From NCBI RefSeq assembly GCF_009914755.1, contig NC_060935.1: a DNA stretch of 64,000 nucleotides, one strand, 5' to 3'. Within the stretch, counting starts at the first letter, position 1; each line of letters opens with the position of its first letter. Shown one piece after another: positions 32,040 to 50,858 of the stretch. The notes below the pieces were generated by a model. The model saw only the letters and a program-made list of their open reading frames with translations. It ran no database searches and was not told the DNA's origin. The position numbers and the translations under genes were made by a program. This DNA is from the human T2T-CHM13v2.0 reference genome, Homo sapiens.

Positions 32040-33479
32040 GAGATTGACTTTTATCCGCAGATACTCTAACCTGATCTTTTGTCATATCTTCAATTTCTTT
32101 GCTCATTTTGTTAATGTTTTCCTTTAAATACTTATACATACTTATATTAGCTGTTTTAATGTCTTTTTCAGCTAATTTTGTCATCTTTATAGTTTCAAGA
32201 TCTGGTTCTTTTCTTCTGGCTATGGATCGCATTTTTCTTGCTTCTTGGCATGTTTAGTGAGTTTTGATTTGATAGTGGACTTTGTGAATGCACGTTGATG
32301 AGTATCTGGTATTTGTTGCCTGTCTTTAAAGACTATTGGATATTGTTTGGCAGGCGGTAAAGTTAATGTTGCTCAATTTGAGTCCTTTGAAGTCTGATTT
32401 TAGGCTTCTCTAGAGTGGTTCTGGTGTAGTCTTTATTCCAGATATAGTTCATCCCTACTTCTAAGGTGTGGCCCTCTGATATCTCCACTGAATAACCCAA
32501 GGGATCATCAAAGAGTCTCCGCTTTGGCTGATCAGAGTTTGAACATCTTCCTGCTACGTATAAACTCCAGTAATTGTTCAGTTTACAAATCTCCATTTTT
32601 TGCCTATCCTTGTCAAGTTTCCCTGTATACATTACTTGTCCTAGTACTCTGCAAAGACTCAGTGGGCCTCCTGTACAGATTTTTTGGAGCCCCCTTTTTT
32701 CTGGTTGGCTCACTTCTCTCTTGAAATGTGCCCACAACTGCCAGCTATCTCAGCCTCTCTGATCTCAAATTTCTGTCTCCTCAATTTAGCAAGGCTGCTG
32801 GGCTCTAAAACAAAGTGTTTTCCTCTCAGTGCCCATGATTGCAAAATTGCTGGGGTGATGGTGGGGCTCACCTTGTGTATTTGTTTTGTTTTGTTTTTTT
32901 CTCATATCTTGGCAATCACAGTCTTACTGTTCTCATTGTCCAAAGTCTGAGTACAGGTTACTTCATATATTTTGTTCACTTTTCTAGGTTTCTTTATTAT
33001 AGCAAGAAAGCAAGAGGTTAAGTGCAATCCTACTTATCCCATCATGCACAGAAGTAGAAGGCTCTACTTCATTTTTAACTTAACATATAGCCAACAAGGA
33101 GTAACCAGAATTTATAAGGGCTACCATTCAAGAAGAAAAAGAGAGAAACCCAGTAAAAACACAAAAATGGACAAATTGCTTAAACATGTACTTTATAAAA
33201 GAAGAACTCAAAATGGCCAGTAAACATGAAGAAATACACAACTTGATAATTATAGGGAAATACAAATTATTATCACTACAAGATATGTTTACACATTCAT
33301 CAGATTGGCAAAAGTTATGGAGTCTGATGATACCAAGTATTAGTAAGGATTAGAGCAACAGAAGCACTCATACCCTTCAGGGGAAAGTTTAACTGGTACA
33401 ACCATTTTGAAGATGAGTTAAGCATATCTTCAAAGCCAACAGTTCCACTTCCAGATATATGCTTTTGAGAATTGTTTAC

Positions 33480-33544
33480 ATATATATATATATATATACC
33501 CACACACATATATATACACACACACACACATATATATATATATA
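33480..33544. repeat. Compound (TA)n/(CA)n microsatellite in an old L1M 3' end (~33100-34030)
   Basis: Direct reading; a second (TA)n lies at 34044-34072. Confidence 0.9.
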
Positions 33545-34041
33545 CCTAGAGACATGTACAAGAATACTCATAGCAATATGTTTTTTTATAATAGCCCCAA
33601 ACTGGGAACAATCCAAATATCCAGCCATAGTAAAATAGATAAATTAATTGTAGTATGTTACTGTATTGGAATGTTATACAGCAATGAAAATGAACCTGTT
33701 GTAGCTTTCATAACAACATGGATGAAGCTTGTAAGTCTAATGTTAAGCAAAACAAATGATAGAGAATACGTATGATAGATTCCATTTGTACAAAGATTAA
33801 AAAATGTAAAGCTGAACTGTACTTTTTAGGGTTGCATACATTAGAGATAAAACTATAAAGAAAAGCAAAAAGTAATTATAACTGAAGTCAGGAAACTGTT
33901 CTTTTAGTGTGGGGATGTGGTGGAGCATAGCATGTGTCCGGGCAGTCTTCTAAGGTGCTGGCTCAGTTCTATATCTTGACTTAGGTAGTGGTTTCATGGA
34001 GGTTCATTTTATATTTATTCTTTACTCTTTACGAAAGAAGT

Positions 34042-34080
<39 letters not shown>

Positions 34081-34346
34081 TATGTGTTTTATATACTTCA
34101 GTCTTTATAATAAATCATAATATTTTCAGATATTCAGAGTTTAAAAATATGAGTCTCTTTTATATGGCTCTGAGGACAGTTTCAGAAAGGAAATTCTGAA
34201 AACATTTCAAGGCAATGCTATTGGAATAACTAATAATCTCCTGAGGAGACTATTTTGAAGATATAATTTCTGATACATTTATTTAAAAATCAGCTTTTTA
34301 AAAATTGTAGATAGGTAACTAAATTTGCTTATTAAGCACTAATTCA

Positions 34347-35176
<830 letters not shown>

Positions 35177-36098
35177 CATCTTTTAAAAAAAGTGGTAGGA
35201 GCCAAGATGGCCGAATAGGAACAGCTCTGGTCTACAGCTCCCAGCGCGAGCGACGCAGAAGACGGGTGATTTCTGCATCTCCATCTGAGGTAACGGGTTC
35301 ATCTCACTAGGGAGTGCCAGACAGTGGGCACAGGTCAGTGGGTGCACGCACCGTGTGCGAGCCGAAGCAGGGCGAGGCGTTGCCTCACTTGGGAAGCACA
35401 AGGGGTCAGGGAGTTCCCTTTCCTAGTCAAAGAAAGGGATGACAGATGGCACCTGGAAAATCGGGTCACTCCCACCCGAATACTGCGCTTTTCCGACGGG
35501 CTTAAAAAACGGCGCACCAGGAGATTATATCCCGCACCTGGCTCGGAGGGTCCTACGCCCATGGAGTCTCGCTGGATTGCTAGCACAGCAGTCTGAGATC
35601 AAACTGCAAGGCGGCAGCGAGGCTGGGGAGGGGCGCCCGCCATTGCCCAGGCTTGCTGAGGTAAACAAAGCAGCCGGGAAGCTCGAACTGGGTGGAGCCC
35701 ACCACAGCTCAAGGAGGCCTGCCTGCCTCTGTAGGCTCCACCTCTGGGGGCAGGGCACAGACAAACAAAAAGACAGCAGTAACCTCTGCAGAGTTAAATG
35801 TCCCTGTCTGACAGCTTTGAAGAGAGCAGTGGTTCTCCCAGCATGCAGCTGGAGATCTGAGAACGGGCAGACTGCCTCCTCAAGTGGGTCCCTGACCTCT
35901 GACCCTTGAGCAGCCTAACTGGGAGGCACCCCCCAGCAGGGGTAGACTGACACCTCACATGGCCGGGTACTCCAACAGACCTGCAGCTGAGGGTCCTGTC
36001 TGTTAGAAGGAAAACTAACAAACAGAAAGGACATCCACACCAAAAACCCATCTGTACATCACCATCATCAAAGACCAAAAGTAGATAAAACCACAAAG

Positions 36099-37108
36099 AT
36101 GGGGAAAAAACAGAGCAGAAAAACTGGAAACTCTGAAAAGCAGAGCGCCTCTCCTCCTCCAAAGGAACGCAGTTCCTCACCAGCAACGGAACAAAGCTGG
36201 ACAGAGAATGACTTTGACGAGCTGAGAGAAGAAGGCTTCAGACGATCAAATTACTCTGAGCTACGGGAGGACATTCAAACCAAAGGCAAAGAAGTTGAAA
36301 ACTTTGAAAAAAGTTTAGAAGAATGTATGACTAGAATAACCAATACAGAGGAGTGCTTAAAGGAGCTGATGGAGCTGAAAACCAAGGCTCGAGAACTACA
36401 TGAAGAATGCAGAAGCCTCAGGAGCCGATGCGATCAACTGGAAGAAAGGGTATCAGTGATGGAAGATGAAGTGAATGAAATGAAGCGAGAAGGGAAGTTT
36501 AGAGAAAAAAGAATAAAAAGAAACGAGCAAAGCCTCCAAGAAATATGGGACTATGTGAAAAGACCAAATCTACGTCTGATTGGTGTACCTGAAAGTGACG
36601 GGGAGAATGGAACCAAGTTGGAAAACACTCTGCAGGCTATTATCCAGGAGAACTTCCCCAATGTAGCAAGGCCAACATTCAGATTCAGGAAATACAGAGA
36701 ATGCCACAAAGATACTCCTCGAGAAGAGCAACTCCAAGACACATAATTGTCAGATTCACCAAAGTTGAAATGAAGGAAAAAATGTTAAGGGCAGCCAGAG
36801 AGAAAGGTCGGGTTACCCACAAAGGGAAGCCCATCAGACTAACAGCAGATCTCTCGGCAGAAACTCTACAAGCCAGAAGATAGTGGGGGCCAATATTCAA
36901 CATTCTTAAAGAAAAGAATTTTCAACCCAGAATTTCATATCCAGCCAAACTAAGCTTCATAAGTGAAGGAGAAATAAAATACTTTACAGACAAGCAAATG
37001 CTGAGAGATTTTGTCACCACCAGGCCTGCCCTAAAAGAGCTCCTGAAAGCGCTAAACATGGAAAGGAACAACAGATACCAGCCGCTGCAAAATCATGCCA
37101 AAATGTAA
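36099..37108 (+). pseudogene. L1 ORF1p, disrupted
   Basis: MGKKQSRKTGNS... start; frameshift near 36670 (short deletion) and premature TAG at 36881-36883; split between ORFs 36099..36746 and 36701..36883. Confidence 0.92.
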
Positions 37109-37156
37109 AGACCATCGAGACTAGGAAGAAACTGCATGAACTAACGAGCAAAATAA

Positions 37157-40994
<3,838 letters not shown>

Positions 40995-42061
40995 ACAATG
41001 AGAACACATGGACACAGGAAGGGGAACATCATACTCTGGGGACTGTTGTGGGGTGGGGGGAGGGGGGAGGGATAGCATTGGGAGATATACCTAATGTAGA
41101 TGATGAGTTAGTGGGTGCAGCGCACCGGCATGGCACATGTATACATATGTAACTAACCTGCACATTGTGCACATGTACCCTAAAACTTTAAAGTAGTATA
41201 ATAATAAAAAAAAAAAAGAAAAAAAAGTACTGATTCAGGGAGGTTTCTCTTTAAGGTATCATTTCTTTAGAGAATGCAATATACTATGTTTTATTAAAGT
41301 TGATTACTTTAACAGGAATCTATTTCTACTTGGAAATCTGAATAGCCTATGAGATTAGAGGATTGGTTATTATGTAAATGAGTAGTCAAAGATATCACTG
41401 TGATTAGGGTCACACTGTAGAGTCTTTTTAAAATGTATTTAGAATATATGTAAATAATATGTACATTTGGTGTATTTGTGCTTTTAGGAAACAGAAACTT
41501 TGATCATCCCACATCTTTAGCTGAAGGAGTCCTTCTCTCAAGTAAAACTAAGTCTTTGTTTAGGGGTATTAAAGTGATTTAGTGAGCATCATTTGTGCTA
41601 AAGATTTTAACTCCCTCTGCCTGCCTGCTTGTCCACCAAATATTTTAGCAAAGTTGTCAACAAGTGTCAAAATTGCTCATCTTAATTGATCATCTACCCA
41701 TCTGCCCTAGAAGTGATAATGAACCCAAAAGGCTGTAGTAATGGAAAGGAGAAATAAAATGTATTCATAATCCACAGAACGGATAATTGATCTTAGATTT
41801 TTGTGGGCTTTTTTTTTTTTTTTTTAACATTAGCGAACCCCGTATTGGTTTTCTGCTAAGGTCTAAGCTCAGTGTTTGAGATTAGAAACACTCAAATTAG
41901 TTTGAATGACAAATCTAAGATAATTGTTTAAAGAAAAATTTTTTAGCTTGCCATGTGCTGCTGCTTCTAATAGGTGATCCGAATGTAACATTTGTTGATT
42001 CAGCTAGTGGGACTATCTTGGCAGTCATTCTTTTTACCCTCCCAAATTATGCAGTCACTTC

Positions 42062-42664
42062 TGTATTAGTTACCCATTACTGTATAACAAATTACCACGC
42101 ATTTAGTGGGTTAAAACAACACCTACTTATTAGCACTATGCTTTAACCAACTGAGCTAGCACGCCACCCGTAACACCTATTTATTATGTCATAGTTTCTG
42201 TTTGTCAGGAGTCTAGGCATGGCTTAGCTGGATCCTCTGCTAAGGGTCTCTCACAGTTGACATCAAGGCTGAGCTTGGGGTCCTCTTTCTAGTTCATTTG
42301 GTTATTAGCAGAATTCAGTTTCTTGCTGTTGTATGATCAAAGTCTCATTTTCTTACTGGTTGTCAGCAAGGACTGTTTTCACTCCTGAAGACTGCCCACA
42401 GTTCCTTGTTATGTGGCTCTCTCACAGGCCCTCGCATATCATGGCAGCTTACTTTTTCAAGGCCAGCAGAAGAATCTCTTGCTTCAGTTGGCTAAGACAG
42501 AGTCTGATATAACATGACCATGGGAGTAATTGTCTCATCACCTTTGCCATATTCCATTGCCTAGAAACAAGTCACAAGTTCTGCCTGTGCTCAAGAGGAA
42601 GGAATTATATGAGAACTTGATTAATTGGGGGGTTCGAGGATATTCTTAGGGTATGTCCACCACA
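42062..42664 (-). mobile_element. MaLR solo LTR (MLT1 family) hosting the tRNA-half insertion
   Basis: TGTATTAGTT...TAACAAATTACCAC...TTAGTGGGTTAAAACAACA...CCACCACA; TSD ACTTC/ACTCC. Confidence 0.8.
42127..42165 (-). pseudogene. 5'-half tRNA-Ile(AAT) tailless retropseudogene
   Basis: Reverse complement GGCGTGCTAGCTCAGTTGGTTAAAGCATAGTGCTAATAA matches 33/39 of the tRNA-Ile(AAT) 5' half as I recall it; flanked by 15-bp TSD AACACCTA(C/T)TTATTA (42118-42132 / 42172-42186). Confidence 0.82.
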
Positions 42665-42869
42665 ACTCCAAAAAGTAGAGGCCTGGCAAACTTCTTACCA
42701 AGTCAGTAGCAATGGTCCTCTGCCCACTACAAGTAACAAGGTCCATTTGTGCCTTTTCAGATGACCTTTGTTTTATGAACAAAATATGTAATTTGGATTT
42801 TTTGTAATAGTAAGCATCTTTTCTACTGAACAGAATTAAGATAAAGAAAATCTTCCTTAGGATACACTT

Positions 42870-42979
42870 TTTTTTTCTTTTTTTTTTGAGACAGAGTCTC
42901 ACTCTGTCACCCAGGCTGGAATGCAATGGTGTGATCTCAGCTTACTACAACCTCCGCCTCCTGGGTTCAAGTCATTCTC
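42870..42979 (-). mobile_element. 5'-truncated Alu (3' ~110 bp)
   Basis: Poly(T) plus partial right arm; perfect TSD AGGATACACTT (42859-42869 / 42980-42990). Confidence 0.9.
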
Positions 42980-43112
42980 AGGATACACTTCTAAAACTCC
43001 AAAAAATGTAATTTATTAATATAGATATTGTTGATAGTAGCAAATGCTTCATTATGTAATTGAGTGTGACATTAATTCTCTCATGCTTTGTCAAATGACT
43101 CTTACTCTTCAG

Positions 43113-43258
43113 TGCAGGAATCACAGCCATGGCCCCCACCCTCCAGGATTTGGTCGATATGGCATCTGTGCACATGAAAACAAAGAACTTGCCAATGCAA
43201 GAGAAGCTCTTCCTCTTATAGAGGACTCTAGTAACTGTGACATTGTCAAAGCTACTCA
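43113..43258 (+). CDS. ZDHHC13: ZDHHC13 exon 2 ([11 protein letters not shown]...DIVKATQ)
   Basis: Acceptor ctcttcAG|TGC; 146 nt; donor CA|GTAAGT; overlaps ORF 43044..43262. Confidence 0.96.
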
Positions 43259-44565
43259 GTAAGTCTTCCAAATGCTTTGGTTTATCCTTATGTTCTCTAG
43301 AATTAATAGTAATATATGTGTAGTTCATGGAGCTTCATATGTTTACCTCTCTTAACTTCATAATAGTAGTTAACACCAGCACCAGTATATTTGTCATACC
43401 AACACCACAGTACTTAGTACAGTGTACCTGAGCTGTTTATGTACCAGGACGTCCCATTAGATTGTAGGCAGGTTCTTAGCAAAAGCATGTCTTCATCTTT
43501 GTAGCTCCAGTGCTTTTGCACAGTTCCTTCTTGTGTAAGGTACCCAATAAATGTTCCTTGAATGAATGGATGATTTTAAATGACACTAAGCCAAACTCTT
43601 TATTTGAAACACAAATCTAAGTCTTTTAAAATATACTACAACCTGAATAGGTAGATGGAATGAAAAATACTGACTTACACATTTATAGATATTTTTAAAA
43701 ATCATTTATTTCTTGAGTACTTTCCATGTGCTTGTTGTGCTGGACTAACTAGAAGAAATACGGTAAGGTAAGGTGGAAATATGTTCTCTGACCACTTGAA
43801 ACACATAGTGTGTTGTTTTGCTTGCACTGGATATGGAAGTACATTTTGAAAGTTTCCCCTTAAGATCTCCATATGTGGGTATTTGCATTAAGTCAATTAT
43901 TTCCAACATTTTCACCTTCATGGATCTTGTTGATTATTAACATCTATCACACCTCTTGACATTGAGCAAATTTTGAAGTATTTTGTACATCAGACTACAT
44001 CAAGTATTAATCCATTTTTGTAGTAATCAAACATAAATCTGCCCAGCAGATTGCCCATCAAATAAAAATCATGCCAATCTAATCAGCCTGAGGGGAACTA
44101 ATGTTACCATACTAACTTGATATAATTTCTATCAGAAGCAAAGATGTTTGGAGATTAATTAGCCTGTTTGGCCTTGATATGGACTAATGTATTGTCTATG
44201 TTAATTAAAAAATATATTGACAATTATTTGAGTATTCTAATTACCAATTTATATTAACTCTAGAGGCCTTGGGAACCACTCTTTTAGTTGAATATTATTT
44301 GATATTGTTTATATTTTATTTGTACAAAGATGAGCATATTCTTAAGGTAAATATTTGCTTTAATTAGGATGCAAACATTTAAATCTTTCCCTGTTGCCCA
44401 TAAAACTCTTAAGATAAATGTCAGAAATTAGGCTCTTTTTAGAGGGAATCTCAGTAAAAACTCGCATTTTATGTCTTTCCTAAAATTTTCTTCAGGTCCT
44501 GGACCTTCTCAAGTGGTTGTCGGGGGACCTGTAGGTAGTATCTGGGAAGGGCATAGAGAGCTATG

Positions 44566-44567
<2 letters not shown>

Positions 44568-44600
<33 letters not shown>
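44568..44600. repeat. (TG)n microsatellite
   Basis: Direct reading. Confidence 0.95.
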
Positions 44601-44606
<6 letters not shown>

Positions 44607-44930
44607 AAACCAGCAAAACCTGAATGTATATTCTATTATGTTTCTAAAATAAAGGGAGTATTTATTTTCCAGTAAAATGTTAAAGTTGACATTTAAAAGA
44701 TGGAGAGTGTAAATGTATGTGTGTCATTTTCAAAAATTTACTCTTTTAAAAATGCCAAAAAGACACACACACGCACACACACACGCGTGTATTTTGGTAA
44801 GGCAGAAATTATTCTAATTTACAGTGTGAGAAACAGACAATTCTGCCATTTGGTTTGATTTTTGATCCTTGCGGGCTTATTGGAACTTTCAGGTAGTTTT
44901 AAGTAGAAATAAGTTTTAAAGAAAGTGCTA

Positions 44931-45260
<330 letters not shown>

Positions 45261-46314
45261 CTAATAAATGATTTGCCTCTTTATTCTCTATGAAATATGT
45301 CTTTTTAATGCTATAATTTCTCTATGAAATACCTCTTTTTAATGCTATACTATTTAACTGATTAACTAGTAGTTAAATCTCTCTCAAGCCCATCATTCCT
45401 TTTCTGTTCCTATTGCTTCACTCTTACTTTAGGCTCTCATTGTCTCTCACCTGTATTTATTGCAATAATCTCTAAATTGGTATTTCACTCTCTGTCCTCA
45501 CCCTGCTCTAAGCAGCTTCCATACTGCCTCCAATGCGATCTTTCTTAAAACTCAAAGTCTGAGTGCTTTCCTCTTTAAAACCCTTTATTGGTTTCCCATT
45601 GAACTGTACATAAAGCTAAACTTCATAGCATAGCACAGAAGGCCCATGTGATCTTTGCCTATTGCGTCTGACCTCATGTCTCACCATTCCCTCTCATGCT
45701 TTATGCTTTAGCAATGTTAAATTGCTTTTATTTCTCTGAACATCCATGTAGTTTCACATTGCTGATTTTTGTACATGCTGCTTCCTCTGCCTGAAATGCC
45801 TTTTGTCAACCTATAAAATATAGCTTAGTTTCATCTCCTTCAGGAAGGGCTAATCATTTGTTCCTCTGCTATACCTATATTCTTTCCATATTTCGTTGTG
45901 GAATTTATCCCATTCTAAGTTTGCTTTTAGTCTTTATCCCTTATTGTGAGATTATTGCATGGGCTTGGTTTGATTCAGGGGTAAGATTATTGTCAGGAAT
46001 TGGCACCAGGTGTTTCTGGCACATAGTGGAGATCAGATGAAACTTATTGAAGGAAGGCAATGTAAGTTTAAAGTTTACTTAAGAAAGTCAAGTTCAACTC
46101 CAAAGAGATTAATCTGATCAGTACATAAACCAGGTTTCCTTTTGCTGTTTGGCTTTATACTGTGTCCTCTCTATGCATGTCTTTGTTAATTATTATATTT
46201 CTGTATTGACTGAAAGGCAGTTTGGATAGTGAAAAGATATAGTAAAGTGAAGAAATTTTGATATTTGAAATGATTTTAATTGTATCAATTATGCTTTTTT
46301 TTTTCTTCTTTGAG

Positions 46315-46437
46315 ATACGGAATTTTTGAACGATGTAAAGAGTTGGTAGAAGCAGGATATGATGTCAGGCAACCAGATAAAGAAAATGTGTCGCTTCTTC
46401 ATTGGGCTGCTATTAACAACAGACTGGATCTTGTAAG
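46315..46437 (+). CDS. ZDHHC13: ZDHHC13 exon 3 ([40 protein letters not shown]), ankyrin repeats
   Basis: Long T tract then GAG| acceptor; 123 nt; donor AG|GTAAGA; phase 2-2. Confidence 0.95.
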
Positions 46438-47729
46438 GTAAGATGGGATATGTGTGTTAATTGTGTATTTATAATTTTAGACCTCTCCTTCATTTATCTT
46501 TTTCTTTAAGTATGGGTATTGAACCATGTGTAATCCTCGTGTAAAAGAACACCCGAAACTTTTTCTGCCACACACGTTGGTTATTATAAAGTTGAAAGGG
46601 ACCTTAGAGACCATGCCTGGTTGATCCAAAAGGGAAAATTAGAGATAAAGCCAAGGGGGCCAATCATAAAGTTTAGAAAGTAAAAGTGAACATTTTTTAA
46701 AAAAGGAAAAGTATAATAAACTTTTTCAGAAGAGAATGGGAAGTCTCATCTAGTTTAGAAGAAGCATTGAAATATTTTACATTTTAATACCACGAAGAAT
46801 AGATAGGTAGGAGATTTAACCTTTTAAAAAAACTAAATATGGAATATACTTTTAAGTGGGCATGTATTGGATTGTATAAAATATTTCCCCTTCATAAAGC
46901 ACTACTGCCTACCCATTGTTTCTTTTAAACAGCTTAACATGTAAAATGTACATGTGTATGTGAATGTGTGTATATTTTGTGTTATAGGATTAGATATTTA
47001 AAATCCTCAAAGTTTAAGAAATTTATTAAGGTTTAAAATGTTCTAACACACATGAATACTCACAGGCAAACTCCTCTTCTGTGGAAATAAACTGGCATGG
47101 TATTTAGATAATATGATGTATGAAGCTCAACTTTGAAGTAATGAGACTAATTCCTATAAACCATAGAAGAAAATCAGTCTTATTACCTTATATGTCCACC
47201 TTATACAGTGCCTCTCATCTCCGTACCCTAAATACAGGGCAAAACACTCAAAATGTCTAACTTTTCCAAAAGGATTTTAAATTAATTCTTTACTACTTAC
47301 TTTTAAAATTCATTCCCACATAGTAATTCTACTTTTAAACTGTTGAAGGTGACATAACTTTACCTTTCTCCTTCCAGTCAAGTAAGAATATCTGTCTGAT
47401 CCTAAACCTTTTGAATATAAACAATTTCAAGAGTGCTGCGGTAGTTAGACTATGCAGAGAGTAGTTATGATGTATTTGATATGTAAGTTATAATGGAATG
47501 CTAATTACAGCAGGACTAATTACTTACATCCTAAGGATGTTTCATCAGGGATTTGTCTGATTCTGCCATGTGAACCTTTCATATTTCTATAGATCTGGGT
47601 GTTTTAGGGATTATTACTATCATAATTTGTTCTCCAACATATTTATTACTATGAAAAAATTAGTATTTTCTTTCTCAATATGAAGCTTAAGTTTCAAATC
47701 TTACTTTCATTTGTGTCTGCTTTTAACAG

Positions 47730-47807
47730 GTTTTATATTTCAAAAGGTGCTGTTGTAGATCAGTTGGGTGGAGATTTAAATTCAACTCCTCTTCACTGGG
47801 CCATCCG
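47730..47807 (+). CDS. ZDHHC13: ZDHHC13 exon 4 ([26 protein letters not shown])
   Basis: Acceptor ttttaacAG|G; 78 nt; donor CG|GTAAGG; ankyrin TPLH motif. Confidence 0.96.
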
Positions 47808-48820
47808 GTAAGGTTTCTTTGAACACTGAAATTAAATAGCCACATATAGCTAGTGGTCACCATATAAAAAATCAGTTATAGACGATTTGAAAGGCTGTCT
47901 TTTCTTCCCCCCCCCCCCCTTTATTTAAAAATAAATTTCAGCTTTAAAGAGTTTGCAGAAAGGATGTTTTCGATATTTAATTTAGGGCTTCATTATGATT
48001 ATCCAACTCAAATATGTGTTTTATAGTTTCTTTTTTGTAATTAGAATAAATAATTTTCATACTTGGTAACATAAATAAAAATAGTAGTTCAGTGAACTGC
48101 AAACTCATTCAGTTCAGGCTTATGACAGATGTCTATTTAGAAATTTACGATTTTATTTCAGAGGTGAGTTTCCTCTTAAATGTGAAGTATATCTCTATAT
48201 CTTAGGGCCAATTGAGTCAACTCTTTTAAAAGTTGTTGCAGGATTAACAAGAAATTTTGAGTATATCAACTTAGAACATTTATATTGTGTGGTCACTCTC
48301 CTTTTTTCTCTGTTGTATATTGGCCATCTGAAACTGAAGTTAGTAAGTCTTGAATACTTATCAGTTTCTTTTATTAATTTAAACTCCACTCTCGGTGGTT
48401 GGTGGGGTTGACAGGAATCTGAAACTGAAGTGAATAATTGTTCATGTAAGTCAAGGAGTTGAATCTTTTCTCCATAGCTAAGAGTTTTGAAACTCTAGGG
48501 TTACTTCATGCCCTTTAAGCTACTGAGGTACAGTACTTTACATGAAAAATGAACCATAGTCAAGCATAAGAAAAGCATATGAATATATAGCTCTTAATAT
48601 TATCACAGTAAACCCATAGTTTATGAATATTATATTTCTGTATATCTGGCTTATGATTTTTTGATTTTAAAATGACAGTGACATCTAAGTGGTCTTAGAA
48701 TCTTCATTGTTACCATGTCATAAAGAATTATTATTCACGTATGGTAATGTGTGAAGGTCAGGTTTAGGGTAGATTGGGAAGTTATCAAGTTTATCACTTG
48801 CACTCAAGAATGATTATCCA

Positions 48821-49157
<337 letters not shown>

Positions 49158-49318
49158 TTAAAAACGTTTGGACAATCACCATTGTTTCAAAAATCTTACT
49201 GTTAGGAAATATTTTTTATATGTAACCAAAATCCCTCATGTCTTAGGAATATCAGTCTCTCCCTGACTTTTTGCTTTTTCTGCATGCTACAGAATGGCTT
49301 TTTGTCTTCTATTTGCAG

Positions 49319-49463
49319 ACAAGGACATTTACCTATGGTCATATTATTACTCCAGCATGGTGCAGACCCCACTCTTATTGATGGAGAGGGATTCAGCAGC
49401 ATCCACCTGGCAGTATTGTTTCAACACATGCCTATTATAGCATATCTCATCTCAAAGGGACAG
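49319..49463 (+). CDS. ZDHHC13: ZDHHC13 exon 5 ([21 protein letters not shown]...ISKGQ)
   Basis: Acceptor tttgcAG|A; 145 nt; donor CAG|GTATGT; within ORF 49284..49589. Confidence 0.96.
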
Positions 49464-50858
49464 GTATGTTCTGAAATGTGTCTTATACTCCAGTTTTTAT
49501 CATCTGAAGAGGTTGGGGAAATTATTAGTAGTAGTCTCTTCTCATTTTTAAAGTGGAGGTTAATGGATATCCAGATATTCAGATATTAGCCTCAGTACGT
49601 TTAGCTATTGAATACTGCTTTTCAGCTTCATTGGAGGGAAAAGGACAGGTCATTTAGCTCAGTAACGTATAATAGATGTTTCTGAAACTTGTAAGCTGGT
49701 AATAGTTTTTCTTATGAACCCAGTAATTTGCAGAGTTTCTCAAAAACATGACTTCAAAGCCTGTATTTTTCTTCTAGTTGAATATAAAAATGGTAGTCAA
49801 ATCACTAAATTAACCCATCATTTGCTTTCATTATTTGAGCCCAAATGGGAGGCCAATTTGAATATATGTTTCTTATTGTTCTCTAAAGTAATTCCATGAA
49901 AATTGACTTGCCTTGAGAGGCACAGGTTAAATTATAGGTTATTGTAAGTTTCACTGTCAATTATACTTGCCTGGAATATGTTTTCTGGTAGCAAAGTAGT
50001 TTATGTATTAGCAGACTTGCCTGTAAAAGGCATGAAAACGTGTTTGCACAAATGCTGTTGGAATGATTGTGCTCCCTTTAAATAAGCACTTTCTCTCAGA
50101 CTTAGCTGATTGAAGTAGAATTATAACCTCCTAGGTTTCATTGTTGGAAAAATATAAATATATGAGGAAGAGTCCTGTCTGCTTCTCTTTGGGTGCCTTC
50201 CCAAGTCCTGTTCCTCCAAGGCCCATAAGAATCTTCAGAAGCTGAAACTGTTTTTCTTTGGCTTAGCTGAAACCATTGCTGTATACCTTAAACCTAGACC
50301 TGTCTTATTAAAAGGACTGTATCCTCATGGAAATATGATTTCCTTTTTTTTTCTGTGTTCCAGAAAATAGAAAGGAAATTTTCATATTTTACTATTTAAA
50401 ACTTAATATGATAAGTCCAGAAAGACAAGTTGCCTCAGAAGATAGGGAGTTCACTATTTACTGGAAGTGTTTGAGTAGGTACTGAATGACTTTGTATAAG
50501 AAATGATAATGCGAATTAATGTGTCAACTAAGGTCTCAACTAGGTGACTTTTAAGGTCTCTACCATCTCTTGTATTTGATGGTAGCTATCAACATTTTAC
50601 TCTTTCCCTTAACTGTGTTCACATCATATAACACTTTACATTATATATTCAGATTTTCTTTTTAAAAATATTCTGTGGAAATCCATGGATTTTTACCCTA
50701 TGGAAGTGAGCAAAACATTCTTTTTATCAAATGATATTTGAGCCCTTTATGTAGAAATAATGGTAGTATTGAATGTATTAAAGAGATATTTCTATTAAGA
50801 GAACAAATAGACTTTTGAGTGTATTTACAGTTATGCTAATTGTCTTCTTTTTGAATAG

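Noticed and set aside
35335-35643. Intact L1 ORF0 on the antisense strand
   Set aside because: The ATG at 35643 reads MAGAPPQPRCRLAV then stop because of a frameshift; ORF0-like peptides are scattered across different ORFs.
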